Part shown: piece by piece, positions 46,391-62,174 of the stretch
Layout of the letters: each line of letters begins with the position of its first letter
Position numbering within the stretch: the first letter of the stretch is position 1
DNA from: Eledone cirrhosa
Lineage: Eukaryota
Length of the DNA stretch: 64,000 bases
Assembly: GCA_964016885.1 (NCBI GenBank)
Contig: OZ024750.1
Location: forward strand, 21,018,001-21,082,000
Reading direction: 5' to 3'
Made by a program: the position numbers and the translations under genes
Notes under the pieces: model-generated
What the model was told of the DNA's origin: nothing
Databases searched by the model: none
The model's input: the letters and a program-made list of their open reading frames with translations, nothing else

Positions 46391-47365
46391 ACAATCATAC
46401 ACACCCGTGTATATTTATCTCTCTCTCTCGCTCTCTGTGTGTGTATATATATATATCCAGAGGGAGAGAGGGAGAGACACATTTATGGGAATATAGGTAT
46501 ACTTCCCAGCCTGATGTGTAAAGATTAACATCCTCCACCATATGTTTGTATTCAATTATGGAGCGTGGTACAGACAAAACACGTTTCCGATACCCAGAGC
46601 TTACTCGACATCCATAGCGGGTCTGCTAAAAAAAAAAAAAACTTTCAACAGGCTGACTAGTGTCAATTGACACACTAGTTTTCTGTTAAGAAAAGATAAA
46701 CTAAACAACTTCCACTCTTAGGACTTGAAGACAACCTTACTGCTCAAACCTATGCGGTTTACCTGGCCTCGTACGGAGATGCGATCTATAGAAGTTGTCA
46801 TGTGTGCCTTAGTGATAGGGAGGTACAGTCCTACGTGAAATGAAATGACTTGCTCAAAATCACAACGGATCTCTCGTGCCAGAAATTCAATACATAGATA
46901 TATGATCGTGCGTTAGATAGTGTTCTGTATATCCCACACTCCTTTATTCAAATACTCCATGTTTCATGTTTATATCAATTATTTGAATTCCATAGACAAA
47001 TTACAGTTTTTGAAACCGTTAACATACACGCTACAGCATATCTATACGAGAACAGATAGCTCATACATCACCGCAATACATATTATTTAAAACTCCTCTT
47101 TTCACATCGCTTTGCTTTCTAATTTCCAGCTGAGCTAGTCAAAAAAGGCAAGATGAATTTTCGAAGCTGGCTAGAAAAAGTTTTCCTATTCGCAGCTGGA
47201 TACGGACTCTCACATTCTAAATCACGCATTCAATTCTCTAAATGCGTTTATTTTAAACATTTTCAAAATAACTTAACAACAGGATTCCAAAACTCAAGAA
47301 TTCAAATACCGTTTGTAGTTTGAAATCTGCTCACTTGACGAAATGAAGATTTATCTAAGAAACGA

Positions 47366-47654
47366 ATGTGATTAATTGATCGATATAGACTGGAATGGAT
47401 AATATATTTGTTTCTACTTTAGGCACAAGGCCAGCAATAACCCAGTTCATTACTGGTACTTTATTTTATCGACCCCGTAAGGATGAAAGGCAAAGTCAAC
47501 CTCGGCGGGACTTTGCCTTTCATCCTTACGGGGTCGATAAAATAAAGTACCAGTAATGAACTGGTTTATTGCTGGCCTTGTGCCTAAAGTAGAAACACAT
47601 ATATTATCTATTCCAGTCTATATCGATCAATTAATCACATATAGATAATATATT
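47366..47654. mobile_element. Fold-back SINE S1 insertion with an inverted copy of its flank and a 14-bp TSD
   Basis: Arms 47366-47497 / 47509-47640; AT(G/A)GATAATATATT at 47395-47408 and 47641-47654. Confidence 0.9.
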
Positions 47655-48076
47655 GATTGATAAAAATATATCAAGGATTTCTCTCTTTACTGATGTGGTG
47701 TTAGCAACAGATTTTGATTTTGAGAAGAACATTGTTATATTAGATATGATGAGGTGTAAAAGGAGGGAGATTGTCTAGAGTTGTCTTAATTATGCTTTCT
47801 TTATTAACGACAAGGGTTTAGAGTTGTCTTGATTATGTTCGGGAATAATTACAATATTATTAAACATGGAGATTTGACTATAGCCTTCATACAAAGGAGT
47901 AAAACATTTCGAATGTGAAATGTTTTAGATTTAGTCACGAGGCCAGCAAATTTGTGGGAGAAAGGCTGATAGTTTATTTTATCACGAAAGGCAAAACTAG
48001 CATTTATATTTTATAGGATTTTAACTTGAAAATAAGAGTTGCAGACGAAATATAATACACACACACACGTACACAC

Positions 48077-48150
<74 letters not shown>

Positions 48151-48190
48151 GTGTATGTGTGTATGTATGTATGTATGTATGTATGTGTGT

Positions 48191-48226
<36 letters not shown>

Positions 48227-50336
48227 ACAGAGACGAAACCCGAAATGATGTAGTTGTTACATGTGCTTCGTGCCCACACAACACTTTTCTACACATGCTG
48301 TATTCAAGCTAAAGTAGGTTGCAGATCATATATCGCGGATAAATGTTTTCAGACAGTAGCATAGATTGTTAGTAAAGAAAGTAGGCATTTAATTTTATCG
48401 TTTACGTCATTTTCGAAAAGAAAATTGAATATAACCTGTTTCTAAATAACATTTTAAAACTATATAATTCATTTGAAACTGCTTAAACAACTAAGTAATT
48501 CTTGTCACATACCTAAAGAAATCGTTGGATTCCATTTACTTACCCTAATTTTGGAATATTTGAAACGTATGCAAATGTGCATTGTTTTATGTGACTCGCA
48601 AATGTTAATGATTGAGGTATTTGGTGGGCTATATTTATTTAGATTGACATTATTCTGGCAATGTTTCAAAATCATAGGGAGTCATTTGCCAGAGCATTTT
48701 GCATGTATTTCATTAAAAAACTGTTTACAATGATATAAATATAGACGTACTGATAGTACATATGGCTTCACAACGTTTACATAAGCGATGCTAAGCTCGA
48801 GCATTTAAAATGGTAACTATTTATGTCAAACTTATTATGTTTTTAGAGAGATTGAAAGATAGAAATGCTGAAAGATGAAGACCTAGAGGAAAAGGGAGGG
48901 GGGAAAGAGAGGTAGAGTGGTACAGAGAGAGTGGGAACGGCTATTGAGGGGGAAGGAAAGCTATAGTGTTTCACAATGCGTGTGGAGGTTTGAAACTTGG
49001 AGATAGAGAACAGAAATAGAGAGGACAGAAAAGTAAACATATTGCAAGCAGAGAAGATATAGATTTACATCCAAATCGTTAAGAAAAGAAATATTTACAT
49101 AAAACACAGAAGGAAATAACACAAACATGTATACATCAAGCTATGGAATCTCGTAAACGAAACAAGTGTTGCAGATTCTACTCAGATTTCTCCTTCGCCT
49201 TTGAAACCAAATTATGTGTAAAATAACACACGCGCACGCGAAATGTGTTTATGGTGAGCCGTCTAGGCTATCTCTAATATATGCATCTTATTCTTACAAA
49301 TAAAATAATTTCAGCTTAGACTTTGGGAAGCTGGAAAACTTAGTTTTAATAATTCTAGTGCTGATTACTCTCAGAAAATAGCTAAGCTTGCACTTCCCAT
49401 TACTCACTCATACATTCACCAATGCTAAGATATGTGACAAGCCATAATATTAGAAAACCCCGGCGGAGAGTAGAAACACTGCCAGCCTGTTGTGTTCAGT
49501 TCAACATCCGCCAGCATTGTTAATTTTCTATCCTTTCCTTCTTTACCTTATCGTCATTCATATTTCCCTGATTCTTGACATTTGTGAAATGCAGTGAAAG
49601 GAAGTTAGTTGCATTGGATTATCATTGTTTTTATTAGTTTCATATGGAATTAGTAGCAGGGACCAGCAAGACTGAAAATGCAGCTTGGTTTTAATGAAGC
49701 CTTTTAGGGAACAAACCACGAGTGAAGGAACTGCATTGTAGAGTCGGTTAAAAGGAGTGTGGAATGTATCTAACAGGCAGAAAAGATGGAGTGGCAGTAC
49801 GTGAAGCCTTGAAAACTGATTTTTGACACATAGAAAAGGAATAGGAAGAAAGACGAGGAAACTGTTGATTAATAGACGCACGCATACATACATACACACG
49901 CGCATACACAAATACACGCATACACACATACACACACGCATACACACATACACGCATACCCACACAAACGCACGCATACACACACACCCGGACGCATACA
50001 CTAACTACAATCACAGTGGCAAACATTCATAACAAACATTAAAAAAAACACAGAATACACATGCACATGAGAACACTATACACCCCCTCTGTTCACACAT
50101 CTCAATCACTTTGATCTGATTACAACAGCTCCTTCTACCCGCTCTCTCTCTCTCCCCTCTCTCTCTGCTCACTCTCTTCTCTCTACGTCTATCTCTCTAG
50201 CGATATACATCATCACACAGTTTCATTTAATTGTGTCTTTGCTTTATCACACATATACAAGGGATTATACATTGACTATTAAACAAGATTACTCAACCAC
50301 ACATACCTATAGATACAAACACACACCACAAACACC

Positions 50337-50426
<90 letters not shown>

Positions 50427-50430
<4 letters not shown>

Positions 50431-51620
50431 TATTGGGGAGAGGATCAGGGGTGTATAACACTCCACTTATCCAACAGGCAGTATAAGGTTAGCTCGATGT
50501 CTGAGGACAGAGCCGTGATATAATCAATAACAAAGAACGCCTATAGCATATGCATATCTTTACTTGCTAACATTGTTTCATCCGCACTATAAGTGGGACT
50601 CATCAGAGCATAAAGGTTGATTACATGTCACACAAGCAATAACAAATCCAAGACATTGAAGAAATAAAGAATAAAAAATAATAAAAGATAAAAAATATTG
50701 AGGAAGTAAAAATAAAAATAAACATTGAAAAATAAACATTGAAAAATAATTGAAAAATAAGGGGTGCTATCAGTCACAGTTGGGCGGGGTGCTGTCAACA
50801 TATAGTTACATACAAGCATACACATCGATAAGAGAACAGACAAGAATAGATAAGATAGATAGGAGTCGGTAAGAATAGATAAAAAATAGGTGAAAAATAG
50901 GTAAAAAATAGACATATAATATATATAAGAAAATATAAAAAAACATACATATAAAATATACAGATAATAGTGATACAGGGTAAGGAATAAAATAAAATAA
51001 AATAAAATAAAATTAAAATTAAAATTATATAAAATAAAATATAATACAATATAATAATAAAATAAGATAAAATAAAATAAAATAAAATAAAATAAAATAA
51101 AATAAAATAAAATAAAATAAAATAAACAAAAATAAAATAATATAATATAAGATATAATTAAATAAAATGAAATAAATAAAATGAAATAAAATGAAATGAA
51201 ATAAAATAAAATAAAATAAAATAAAGTAAATTGAGATAAGGTATATATTTTTTTAGAATATATTTCTTGAATATATCAGGGGCCCACGAAGGCCCTAAGT
51301 GTCACAGTTATCAGTATCACTTGACCATTGCAATGCAATGGAGACGTCCCAGGTTGGGCAGTCTCAAAAGTTCACTCGAAAGTCACGGGTGTGCATTCAC
51401 ACAGTTGAGCGGTGGGGTAATCACAAACCGGTTCACACCCGGGCAGGAGTCCAATGGTCAACAGAGGTACATCGAAGGAAGGTAGGAGAATTCACGTGCA
51501 GCAGCAAGAGGCAGACAAGTGGGCCGAAAGCAAGCAGGTGCAGGCGGGCTAGCCGAAAGCAAGCAAATACAGTTGGGTCAGGCGGGTTAATATGCATACT
51601 CAACAGCGCATACAAAAGAT
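50427..51620 (-). mobile_element. Family G pLTR/3' UTR-like element (GC-rich part, (TTTTA)n tract, hammerhead, (TA)n end)
   Basis: Same layout as family C; ACATCGAGCTAAC motif downstream of the ribozyme; 5' boundary uncertain. Confidence 0.55.
50565..50610 (-). ncRNA. Minimal type I hammerhead
   Basis: TGCT-CTGATGA-GTCCCAC.TTATA.GTGCGGAT-GAAAC-AAT-GTT-AGCA. Confidence 0.82.
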
Positions 51621-51754
51621 ATATAAAACATATATAAAAAATATATATATATACACACACACATATATGCATTTATGTATGTATATATATCTATATATAT
51701 ATATGCATTTATGTATGTATATATATATATATATATACATACCTACATACATGC

Positions 51755-51823
<69 letters not shown>

Positions 51824-51829
51824 TGCATT

Positions 51830-51875
<46 letters not shown>

Positions 51876-52106
51876 CATACGTGCATATCTATATATATAT
51901 ACATAAATGCATATATGTATGTATATATTTATATATATATACATGCATATATATATAACTATACACATACATATATGCATTTATGTATATATATATATAT
52001 AGATATGCACGTACGTATGTATATATATATGCATATATATATAAATCTCTATATATATATACATACATACGTATACATATATATATATATATATATACAT
52101 ACATAC

Positions 52107-52202
<96 letters not shown>

Positions 52203-52563
52203 TGTTCCAGTTTCTAAAGAACAAGTGAACTTTAGATAACCGGAACATTGCCATTACATAGATTATGCAATTCCCGCCTGTAGGTCATTTTTCGTAGATT
52301 GAAGTGAGAATATATGATAAGATCCATGCAGTACCTTCCGGTTTTTTTCCTACCGTAACATTTAGTATAATTAAGATTTTGTTTCATAATATAATAAATA
52401 TTCTCACTGTGGCTTTTATTTAATCGAAGGCTGTCTTCATGTTTTCCCACATGGTATAAAGCATTTATACGAGCGCGCAAACCCATGCCCACATAACCAC
52501 ACAGAGAAATACACATGTGTGTACTTACACGCACACACACGCATCCACACACCCACACACACC

Positions 52564-52632
<69 letters not shown>

Positions 52633-52911
52633 CCACAATTAGATCGTAGCTCGACCTGTTCGCCGTAGAACAAATGTAATACGTTAATAAATTATTTCTA
52701 TGCATCACTGATTCATCGTTTCCCCTATTTGATATATATATATAAATTCAGAAGGGCTGTTACTAGTTCAAATCAATGAAACATTTGTTCAAATTCCTAC
52801 TCCACTCTTCAGAAGTATATTGGCTTTTCAATGGTAACATGCCGTTTTGCCATCCAACTAGCTTCAGCTCTAGTGTCAGATATTACAATATATATATATA
52901 TATATATATCT

Positions 52912-52962
<51 letters not shown>

Positions 52963-52966
<4 letters not shown>

Positions 52967-53280
52967 CGTTTCTGAATTTGTTTAGCAAGAATCTTTATCT
53001 GAAAACGTGTGTTGAAACCGATATTATTATACTTTGGGAGGATCATGTTGCCAATAAGAAAAACATGCACCAGTTGCCTTCACTTCAATTTATTATACTA
53101 AATTTATAAATTTCCGGTTGGTTGGTTGGTTGCACAACCAGATGGTTGTGTATATATTGTCAAAGTACTTTCGTCACACATTCTGTGACGTCTTCAGTGA
53201 CTGGGGTTCTTTTCTTTGTTTTTTGTGCCTCTCCTTTGTTCTGTCCTACGCCATCTTGTTTTTGTGTGTGTGTTGTGTGC
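52963..53280 (-). mobile_element. Family D pLTR-like element ending in (TA)n
   Basis: Homology to 45057-45312; intact hammerhead. Confidence 0.82.
53159..53201 (-). ncRNA. Minimal type I hammerhead
   Basis: GTCA-CTGAAGA-C-GTCACA.GAATG.TGTGAC-GAAA-GTAC-TT-TGAC. Confidence 0.82.
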
Positions 53281-53339
53281 TTAGTTTGCGCATGTGTTCT
53301 ATATATATATATATACATACATACAAAGATATACATATA

Positions 53340-53372
<33 letters not shown>

Positions 53373-53674
53373 TACATAGATATATATATATATGTGCGTG
53401 TTTAATCCAAACATTTTGTAACAAGTTTTAACCGGGTGAACTACAAGTTAAACTTGTTTTTCCTTATTGTTTGACTGAAACAGGGTGAGATAAAGCCTCA
53501 TAGTAACAACTAACAACACACTAGCTGGGAATCGAACATAAATTTACGGTCGTTAAAGCATTCGACTTTACATAAGCTCACACATGCATACATAGACACA
53601 CACAGATACATATACACATACATACGTAAACGCACCACATCTCTCTCATGGTCTCTCTCTCTCTCTCTCTCTCT

Positions 53675-54652
53675 GTCTTCCTATATTTAGATGTCACTCT
53701 CGACCTAGATACTTCCTTCTATTACCCGTACCACAAACCTAACGAGTCCCTTAAATATATTAATGTTAATTCAAACCACCCCCAAAACATTACTGATAAC
53801 CTAGTAAAAAGCGTCTCTATTAGAATATCTGGCCTCTCCGCCAACAAAGATATTTTTAATGCATCTGCCCCCTACTACAATGACGCCCTAGCCCGTAGCG
53901 GATTTAAAGATAAGATAACTTACCTAGAAACCACCGCAAAATTGCAGAGGAGGAATAGACATAGGCAGATTAGCTGGTACAACCCTCCCTTCAATAGAGA
54001 GGTATCTACTCCGATAGCTAGGATTTTCTTCACTTTACTGAAATTACACTTCCCCATACAACATAGGCACTACACCATCTTTAATAAGAACACTATAAGA
54101 CTGTCTTACTCCACCACACCTAACCTAGCTAGGAATATAGCCAACCACAACTCTAAACTAAATAAGCCAACCACCCCCGAAACCAATCCCCGGACTGGGG
54201 CTCTATGTAATTGCCTAAATAAGGAAGCATGCCCACTAGAAAACAAATGCCTCACAAATGACATCGTATACAAATGCGATGTCATCTCAGGCACCGAGGA
54301 TTGCAAAAAAACTTACATCGGCATGACCTCCAACAACTTTAAGACCCGTTGGTATGCCCATACCCACTCCTTCAGAAGACCGGATAAATCAAATCAGACA
54401 ACACTCGCCTCCTAGGTTTCGGACCTCAAAAGGAACTCCACCCCCTTCACGCTTAATTGGAAAATACTCCAGAAAGCGCGCTCTTACAACGGAGGACACA
54501 AGGGCTGCGACCTTTGTATTTCAGAGAGCTACGAAATTTTATTCGCCAAGAGCCCGCTACTGAACAAACTCTCTGAACACTGCCCGAACTGCATGCACAA
54601 GAACTTTGCAACATTCAAACACTTTAAGCCAGTGTTAAAGCCCGATGGCTAA
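53675..54652 (+). pseudogene. Second Penelope-like (Naiad-type) ORF fragment: RT C-terminal part + GIY-YIG, with an in-frame TAG at 54413
   Basis: YLDVTLDL, SNHP, WYNPPF, CNC..CPL..C, IVY..YIGMT..FKTRW; the reading continues past TAG as VSDLKR..WKIL..CDLCISE..LLNKLSE..CMH. Confidence 0.9.
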
Positions 54653-54829
54653 AAACGACCTCCCCCTATTGGCCCCTATACCTCCTCCCCACCCTACCCC
54701 CACCCCTCCTCAACCTGAAATACGGCCACTATGGTTATGTGAGTACCTCTTTCGTATCTACATTTTCTGCCTGTAGAGGTGTCTTTATGTGCCTGCGTAT
54801 ATGCGTATATTTATTGAGTACCTATTTAC

Positions 54830-56180
<1,351 letters not shown>

Positions 56181-56186
56181 GTGTTA

Positions 56187-56795
56187 TGTCAGGTCACCAG
56201 TTGGTGCTACTGGTAACATGTATCCCAGTACAACCTGTCTCATGGTCGGGTCGTTGGCGACTAAACTGGCAACCCCACCAAGGTTTCTTGGTGAGGAGGG
56301 TGACTTTGGACATCCTGCAGGACTAAAAACAAAACCTGTCAAAGGGCAAGGGAGCTCTTAAGACTCAATAGCCATCCAAAATCACCGGGAGAGATGACCC
56401 CTTAGCCTTTGTCAAGGCAGAATTCTAGGAGAAGGAAAACTCTGATATAACACCTGCAACCCTGATGGTATCCAATGATGTTGACTTGTTCTTCTTTTTG
56501 GTAAATATCATCTTGGTTAAGAGAGTGGGACTGGCTTTGTGCAGTGCCTTTGCTCACTATAAAAGCTTCACAGCACAGGCATTGCTTTATATCTGGAGAT
56601 CTCTCTGCACTTGTCATCACATGGTACCATGGGCCCTGCACTATGTGTCAATAATGGTCACAAGTGTAGTCTTTGTACCAGAGTTTTCAAGTCGCTGGCT
56701 GGACTAAAAAGTCACATTCGTTCAGCGCATCGGTAGGGGTTCTCCTACATGGATATAAAGTAGTGGCCGTACTCGAAAACGAGTTGGCAGCCACC
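56187..56795 (+). mobile_element. RTE-derived non-autonomous element, longest copy (5' UTR-like part + C-terminal C2H2 finger + 3' end)
   Basis: CTAGGAGAAGGAAAACTCTGA resembles RTE 5' UTRs (from memory); 56665-56736 reads [23 protein letters not shown]; three copies share the end GGCAGCCACC(AT)n. Confidence 0.75.
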
Positions 56796-56937
56796 ATATA
56801 TGTGTGTATATGTGTGTGTGTATAGATATTTATACATATGTATACTCGCATACATACTTTGTATGTATGCGTGTGAGTGTATTTATTTGTGTATATATGT
56901 GTGTGTGTGTCTATGTATGTGTATGTGTGTGTGTATC

Positions 56938-56978
<41 letters not shown>

Positions 56979-57000
56979 GTGTGTGTGTGTGTATGTGTGT

Positions 57001-57071
<71 letters not shown>

Positions 57072-57639
57072 TTATATATGTATGTATGTATGTGTGTATG
57101 TATGTGTGTGTACATGAATATATATTTATATATATTTATATATTTTTATATATGTGTGTGTGTTTTTATGTGTGTATGTGTTTGTGTGTGTGTTTATGGT
57201 TGCGCGTAAGTGTGTGAGTGAGTATGTGTTTTTTTGTTTTTTTGTTTTTTTGTTTTTTTGTGAATGTGTCTGTTGATTTTTGGCATATAGTTGATTAGTT
57301 TAAAAGAAGTTCGAAGATAATAGTAAGATATGCACTCAGTATTTTGAATCTGTCTGCAGAATTCTCTAGACCTTTGTCACTTAGTAGAACCTTAATGACT
57401 TTAGCTTTTAAATAATCTCCCTTCTCTTTAATTCTATCGACCATGACTGACCCCCCACTGATTTTATAGACATCTGTTAGCTTAAGAGAAACTTATTGAC
57501 AAGGAATGGTATGCCATCCGGAACTGTTTATAGAATTCTGTCTGCCTTTATTACTCTAAAAACATAAATAAATATAAATAAAAATAAAAATAAACTATAG
57601 CTTTGTAGAATTAGCTTTTAATGAATTCCCTTTTCTATC

Positions 57640-57862
57640 AACCAATGACCTGCACCCATCCCACTCCCCACCCCCTCCTACCACTTGTAGAGACCTATAA
57701 ATACCATATTTATTTTTTGATACCCAGATTCCTGATGATTTCTAATGAATGAAACAGTTCTAGTCCTGTAGAATCTCATCTATATTAAAACTGTTATACT
57801 CTGCTATGTATTGAGTACCTTACTTACTGTGGTTACCTCCGATTCAACCCGGAATAACGTAT
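57640..57862 (+). mobile_element. Family B pLTR-like element with hammerhead at 57726-57776
   Basis: AGATTC-CTGATGA..GAAACAG..CTGTA-GAATCT; CTATAAATA upstream; ends in (TA)n. Confidence 0.85.
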
Positions 57863-57877
57863 ATATATATATATATG

Positions 57878-58250
57878 AACCCTTGGCCTTTGTCAAGGCA
57901 TAATTCTAGGACAAGGAAAACTCTGATATAACACCTGCAACTCTGATGGTATCCAATGATGTTGACATCTTGGTTAAGAGAGTGTGACTGGCTTTGTGCA
58001 GTGCCTTTTCTCACTATAAAAGCTTCACGGCACAGGCATTGCTTTATATATGGAGATCTCTCTGCACTTGTCGTCACATGGTACCATGGGCTCACCACTA
58101 TGTGTCAATAATTGTCACAAGTGTAGTGTTTGTACCAGAGTTTTCAAGTCGCTGGCTGGACTAAAAAGTCACACTTGTTCAGCGCATCGGTAGGAGTTCT
58201 CTTACATGGATATAAAGTAGTGGCTGTACTCGAAAACAAGTTGGCAGCCA

Positions 58251-58253
<3 letters not shown>
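57878..58253 (+). mobile_element. RTE-derived non-autonomous element, 5'-truncated
   Basis: Matches ~56397-56795 with a small internal deletion. Confidence 0.8.
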
Positions 58254-58300
<47 letters not shown>

Positions 58301-58838
58301 GCGTGCTGACTGCTTTCCAGATTTATCAAAAAGTGAAATCTTTCTCAACTACTGCTAACTCGCATTATGAAGACATTTAGGTTTGCATGTGTGTTTGATA
58401 GCTCAACTTATAACAATCGAGTTTCCACTTTCTGATACACTTTTTCAAATACCAATATTCACTTCAAATAAGGCCGACGGTGACCTTCGTTACTTTCAAC
58501 GGATTCTATTTTCAAAGGTATTGGACATGTACTTTGTCTTTTAAAGATAACCCAACATCATATTAATCCTTACTGATAAGTCTTTGATAATATGCCGACA
58601 TTGTTGTATCATTATATCCTGTGAACGGGAACATGCTGTATTGCCTTTCACGAACATAATTTATGAATTGTTCCTTTCATCTCCCAAATGTATATTATGT
58701 AAAAATACATATACACACACACAGGTGACCACCAACATGCAAGTATGTTTATGTATGTGTGTATGTATATATGTATGTATGTATGTATGTATGCATGGTC
58801 ATTTCCAGTTATATATATTAGAAAAATGTAACTCACTA

Positions 58839-59298
58839 CATAAATCAATAAATATATGTGTGGAAAAGATTATGTTTGTGTGTGTGTGTCTGTGTGTATG
58901 TGTATGTGTGTGTGTATATTTGTATGTGTGTGTATGTATGTGTGTGTATGTGTGCATGTGTGTATGTATGTGTATGTGTGTGTGTGTGTGTGTGTGGTGC
59001 TGCAGCTGTCTGTCTAAGTCTAGTAAAATAATAAGTTAAAAATGTGTGCCCACTCACTCTCAGAATATCATAAATCAATAAATATATGTGTGGAAAAGAT
59101 TATGTTTGTGTGTGTGTCTGTGTGTATGTGTATGCGTGTGTGTATATGCGTGTGTGTATATGTGTATGTGTGTGTGTGTGTGTGTGTGTGCGTGTGTGTG
59201 GGGGTTGGGGGGGGGGGGGGTGTTGTGCTGCTGCTGTCTGGCTAAGTCTAGTAAAATAATAAGTTAAAAATGTGTGCCCACTCACTCTCAGAATATCA
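58839..59298 (+). repeat. Tandem duplication of a ~230-bp unit containing a (TG)n tract
   Basis: CATAAATCAATAAATATATGTGTGGAAAAG...CACTCTCAGAATATCA occurs twice. Confidence 0.9.
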
Positions 59299-60680
59299 GA
59301 ATTTCTCAATAAGGCGTTACTTTCAATGATGCGAATTCTGTTTTTTTACTCAACGGTCCGCGTACTCATTACATTATAGCTTAAGAAGGAGACTATTAGA
59401 GCCAGCGTTTAAGAAAACTTGTTCTTTGCCTCACTACGGACAATCTCGACAATATTATTTGAATTGCGTCAGCTGTAATTACATGACCTAGAAATATCAC
59501 TCATATTTTTCAATGGCTAAGGAATGTTAAATATAGAGTAAATTATGAGAAATATAATTTCGGAAATAGCAGACGAAGGATGCTTTATATTATTCGTTCC
59601 GGCTATCTATGGTCTGAAGTGATATCCCACCTAGTTAGAAAATAGATTACCACTCCCGTACTGAGGACGATTCCTGGCTGTCCCTCCTTCTTTCCTGGGA
59701 AGAATTCGACTGTGTTCAGATCTGAAGTCAGATCAACTCCACCAGGTTTAAATACCTAAGCACACCACTAAGAACCTATTTGGAGATGAAGAGGCATGGC
59801 ATGACTACATTTCGTTCTTGTTTCTATGTTAAACAAGAAATGCCATTTCTAATAAACAGGAAATTTAACATTCAGTGAACAAGTGAAGCATTTTCCATCG
59901 GTGGTAAGTAAATAAGTTCTGTGAAAACTAAAAATTACTCAGATTGATTCCACATTTTCTGCTCACGAAGAAGCCATTTTGTTTAACTGTTGTGTTTACA
60001 TTTTGAGTTGAAACTAAGCATTTGTTTATTATAGCAGGAATAGCAAAGATAATAAAATTACGACAGCGTGTAGTGCACTTGACTAGAGCCAGATATATAA
60101 GAGAATCGATGTATACGTATATATATGTACATATTTTTGTATATTTATGTAAGTGTGTTCTATTTCTAAACATCTTTGTATTTGTACATGTATATAGTTA
60201 TATGTATTTATATGTACAGTGCAACAGAGAAGCACACAGTTAGATTATACAGATAGAAAAATACATTATGCAGACAAAAGCAAAAATGCTATTTAGTTAG
60301 ATAAACGAAATAGCAGACGGTTATATAAACAGATGCGCGTAAATAAATGTGTATATAAACAAAACCAACACGAGGAGTGGCATACAAATCGGTAAAGAAA
60401 AAAATAATGGAATGAAAATATTAAAAAGAAATAACAAAAGTATCTAAAATCACTCAGATTGGCAATAAGCAAACGTGTTACTCAGTTTTATGTTTCAGGT
60501 AAAAAGTGTGAACAGATGCTTTGCAATCCGGTAGACATTTTCTTGTGATGACACGTTCCTCACGAATCAATTTTAAAATGAAATCAATTATTGATTTTGA
60601 AGTAATTGCCAAGATGTACACACAAACCCATAAGCACGCACAGATACAAACACACACACACATCACTAATATATATATAT

Positions 60681-60802
<122 letters not shown>

Positions 60803-61471
60803 AGGAGGTGAGTTTTATTGTAGTACAATATGTTGATTTAAAACTGCACTATCCACAAGTGTTTTTTAGCCTTCATATCATGTCCTCCTGTTTTATCTGA
60901 AGAAAACACAAATATTATTGCATGATGATGTTTGTTTTTGAAATGCGCATAATAAAATACATGGAACTCCTTTAACCATCTTTTGATCTTATATATTATA
61001 TATATATAATTTCTTCTATACTTGCTTAAGATATTAGCTGACGCAAAAATCTACTAAATATTTTCAAATCTTTCTCTTATAAATAACTGAATAAAGTAAC
61101 CTAAGAGTATAAAAAGCCAGCAATTCATAGTTATAACACATTTTGCCTGAAAAAAAGCACAAACAAATTTATAAATTTTCATGTTTGAAAAAATGTTGCT
61201 GAATTTGTACTTGAAATCCTTTCATTTTCTTGAGATTGTTTTTGTTATTAATTATTGTTATTTGGTTCTATAAATTTCCTGAAGAGACTCGGTTGGGATA
61301 AATCACACATAATGGAAATAATTGTTAACTGGTAATCTCCAGCTTATTCCACAAATACATGTGTTATTCTTGCCGCATTGAAACGTTGGTATGATTAAGT
61401 AACAATTTCCGATCCTCTACTTTCTTAAAATTTTGAATATATCTATATATATACACACGCACCTACATATG

Positions 61472-61559
<88 letters not shown>

Positions 61560-61565
<6 letters not shown>

Positions 61566-62134
61566 ATGTATGTATAAATATATATATATACATACTACTG
61601 TACGTCTGTATACATATATGTATGTACGTATACATACTTATATTTAAGTAAGAGCCGTACTAAGAGTGGGAAATGAAATTTCATTTAATATTTTTCCGTT
61701 TATCGTTTTCGGTGCACCCGGCCGATTAACCCACTCGATATGCAAATTAGGCTGCTCAGCCGTTAATATGCATAAGGAAAGTATATACTTTCAGACGTTC
61801 AATCATCTGGCAGGAAGGTATACGTTGCTGACGATGGCTAATAAAATTGAAACTAGTACAGTGTTCCTTTGTCAGTGTTGAACAAACGAGCAACGATGGT
61901 TGCTAGACACTACGGCTTAATACGGGATGTTTGTTTACAAACACACCGAGCATTATAATAAATGTTCGGTGAATCCATACGTACATATATATATATGTGT
62001 GTGCATGTATGTATATATATATATATACATACTACTGTACATCTGAATACATATATGTATGTACGTATACATACTTATATTTAAGTAACAGCCGTACTAA
62101 GAGTGGGAAATGAAATTTCGTTTCATTTTTTGCG

Positions 62135-62135
<1 letters not shown>
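61560..62135 (+). repeat. Local duplication (61560-61700 / 62000-62135)
   Basis: CATACTACTGTAC..GCCGTACTAAGAGTGGGAAATGAAATTTC occurs twice. Confidence 0.85.

Positions 62136-62174
<39 letters not shown>

Noticed and set aside
54413-54415. In-frame stop as selenocysteine or readthrough
   Set aside because: The codon is TAG, not TGA, and aligns with Tyr (LSSY) in the other ORF, so it is a simple nonsense mutation
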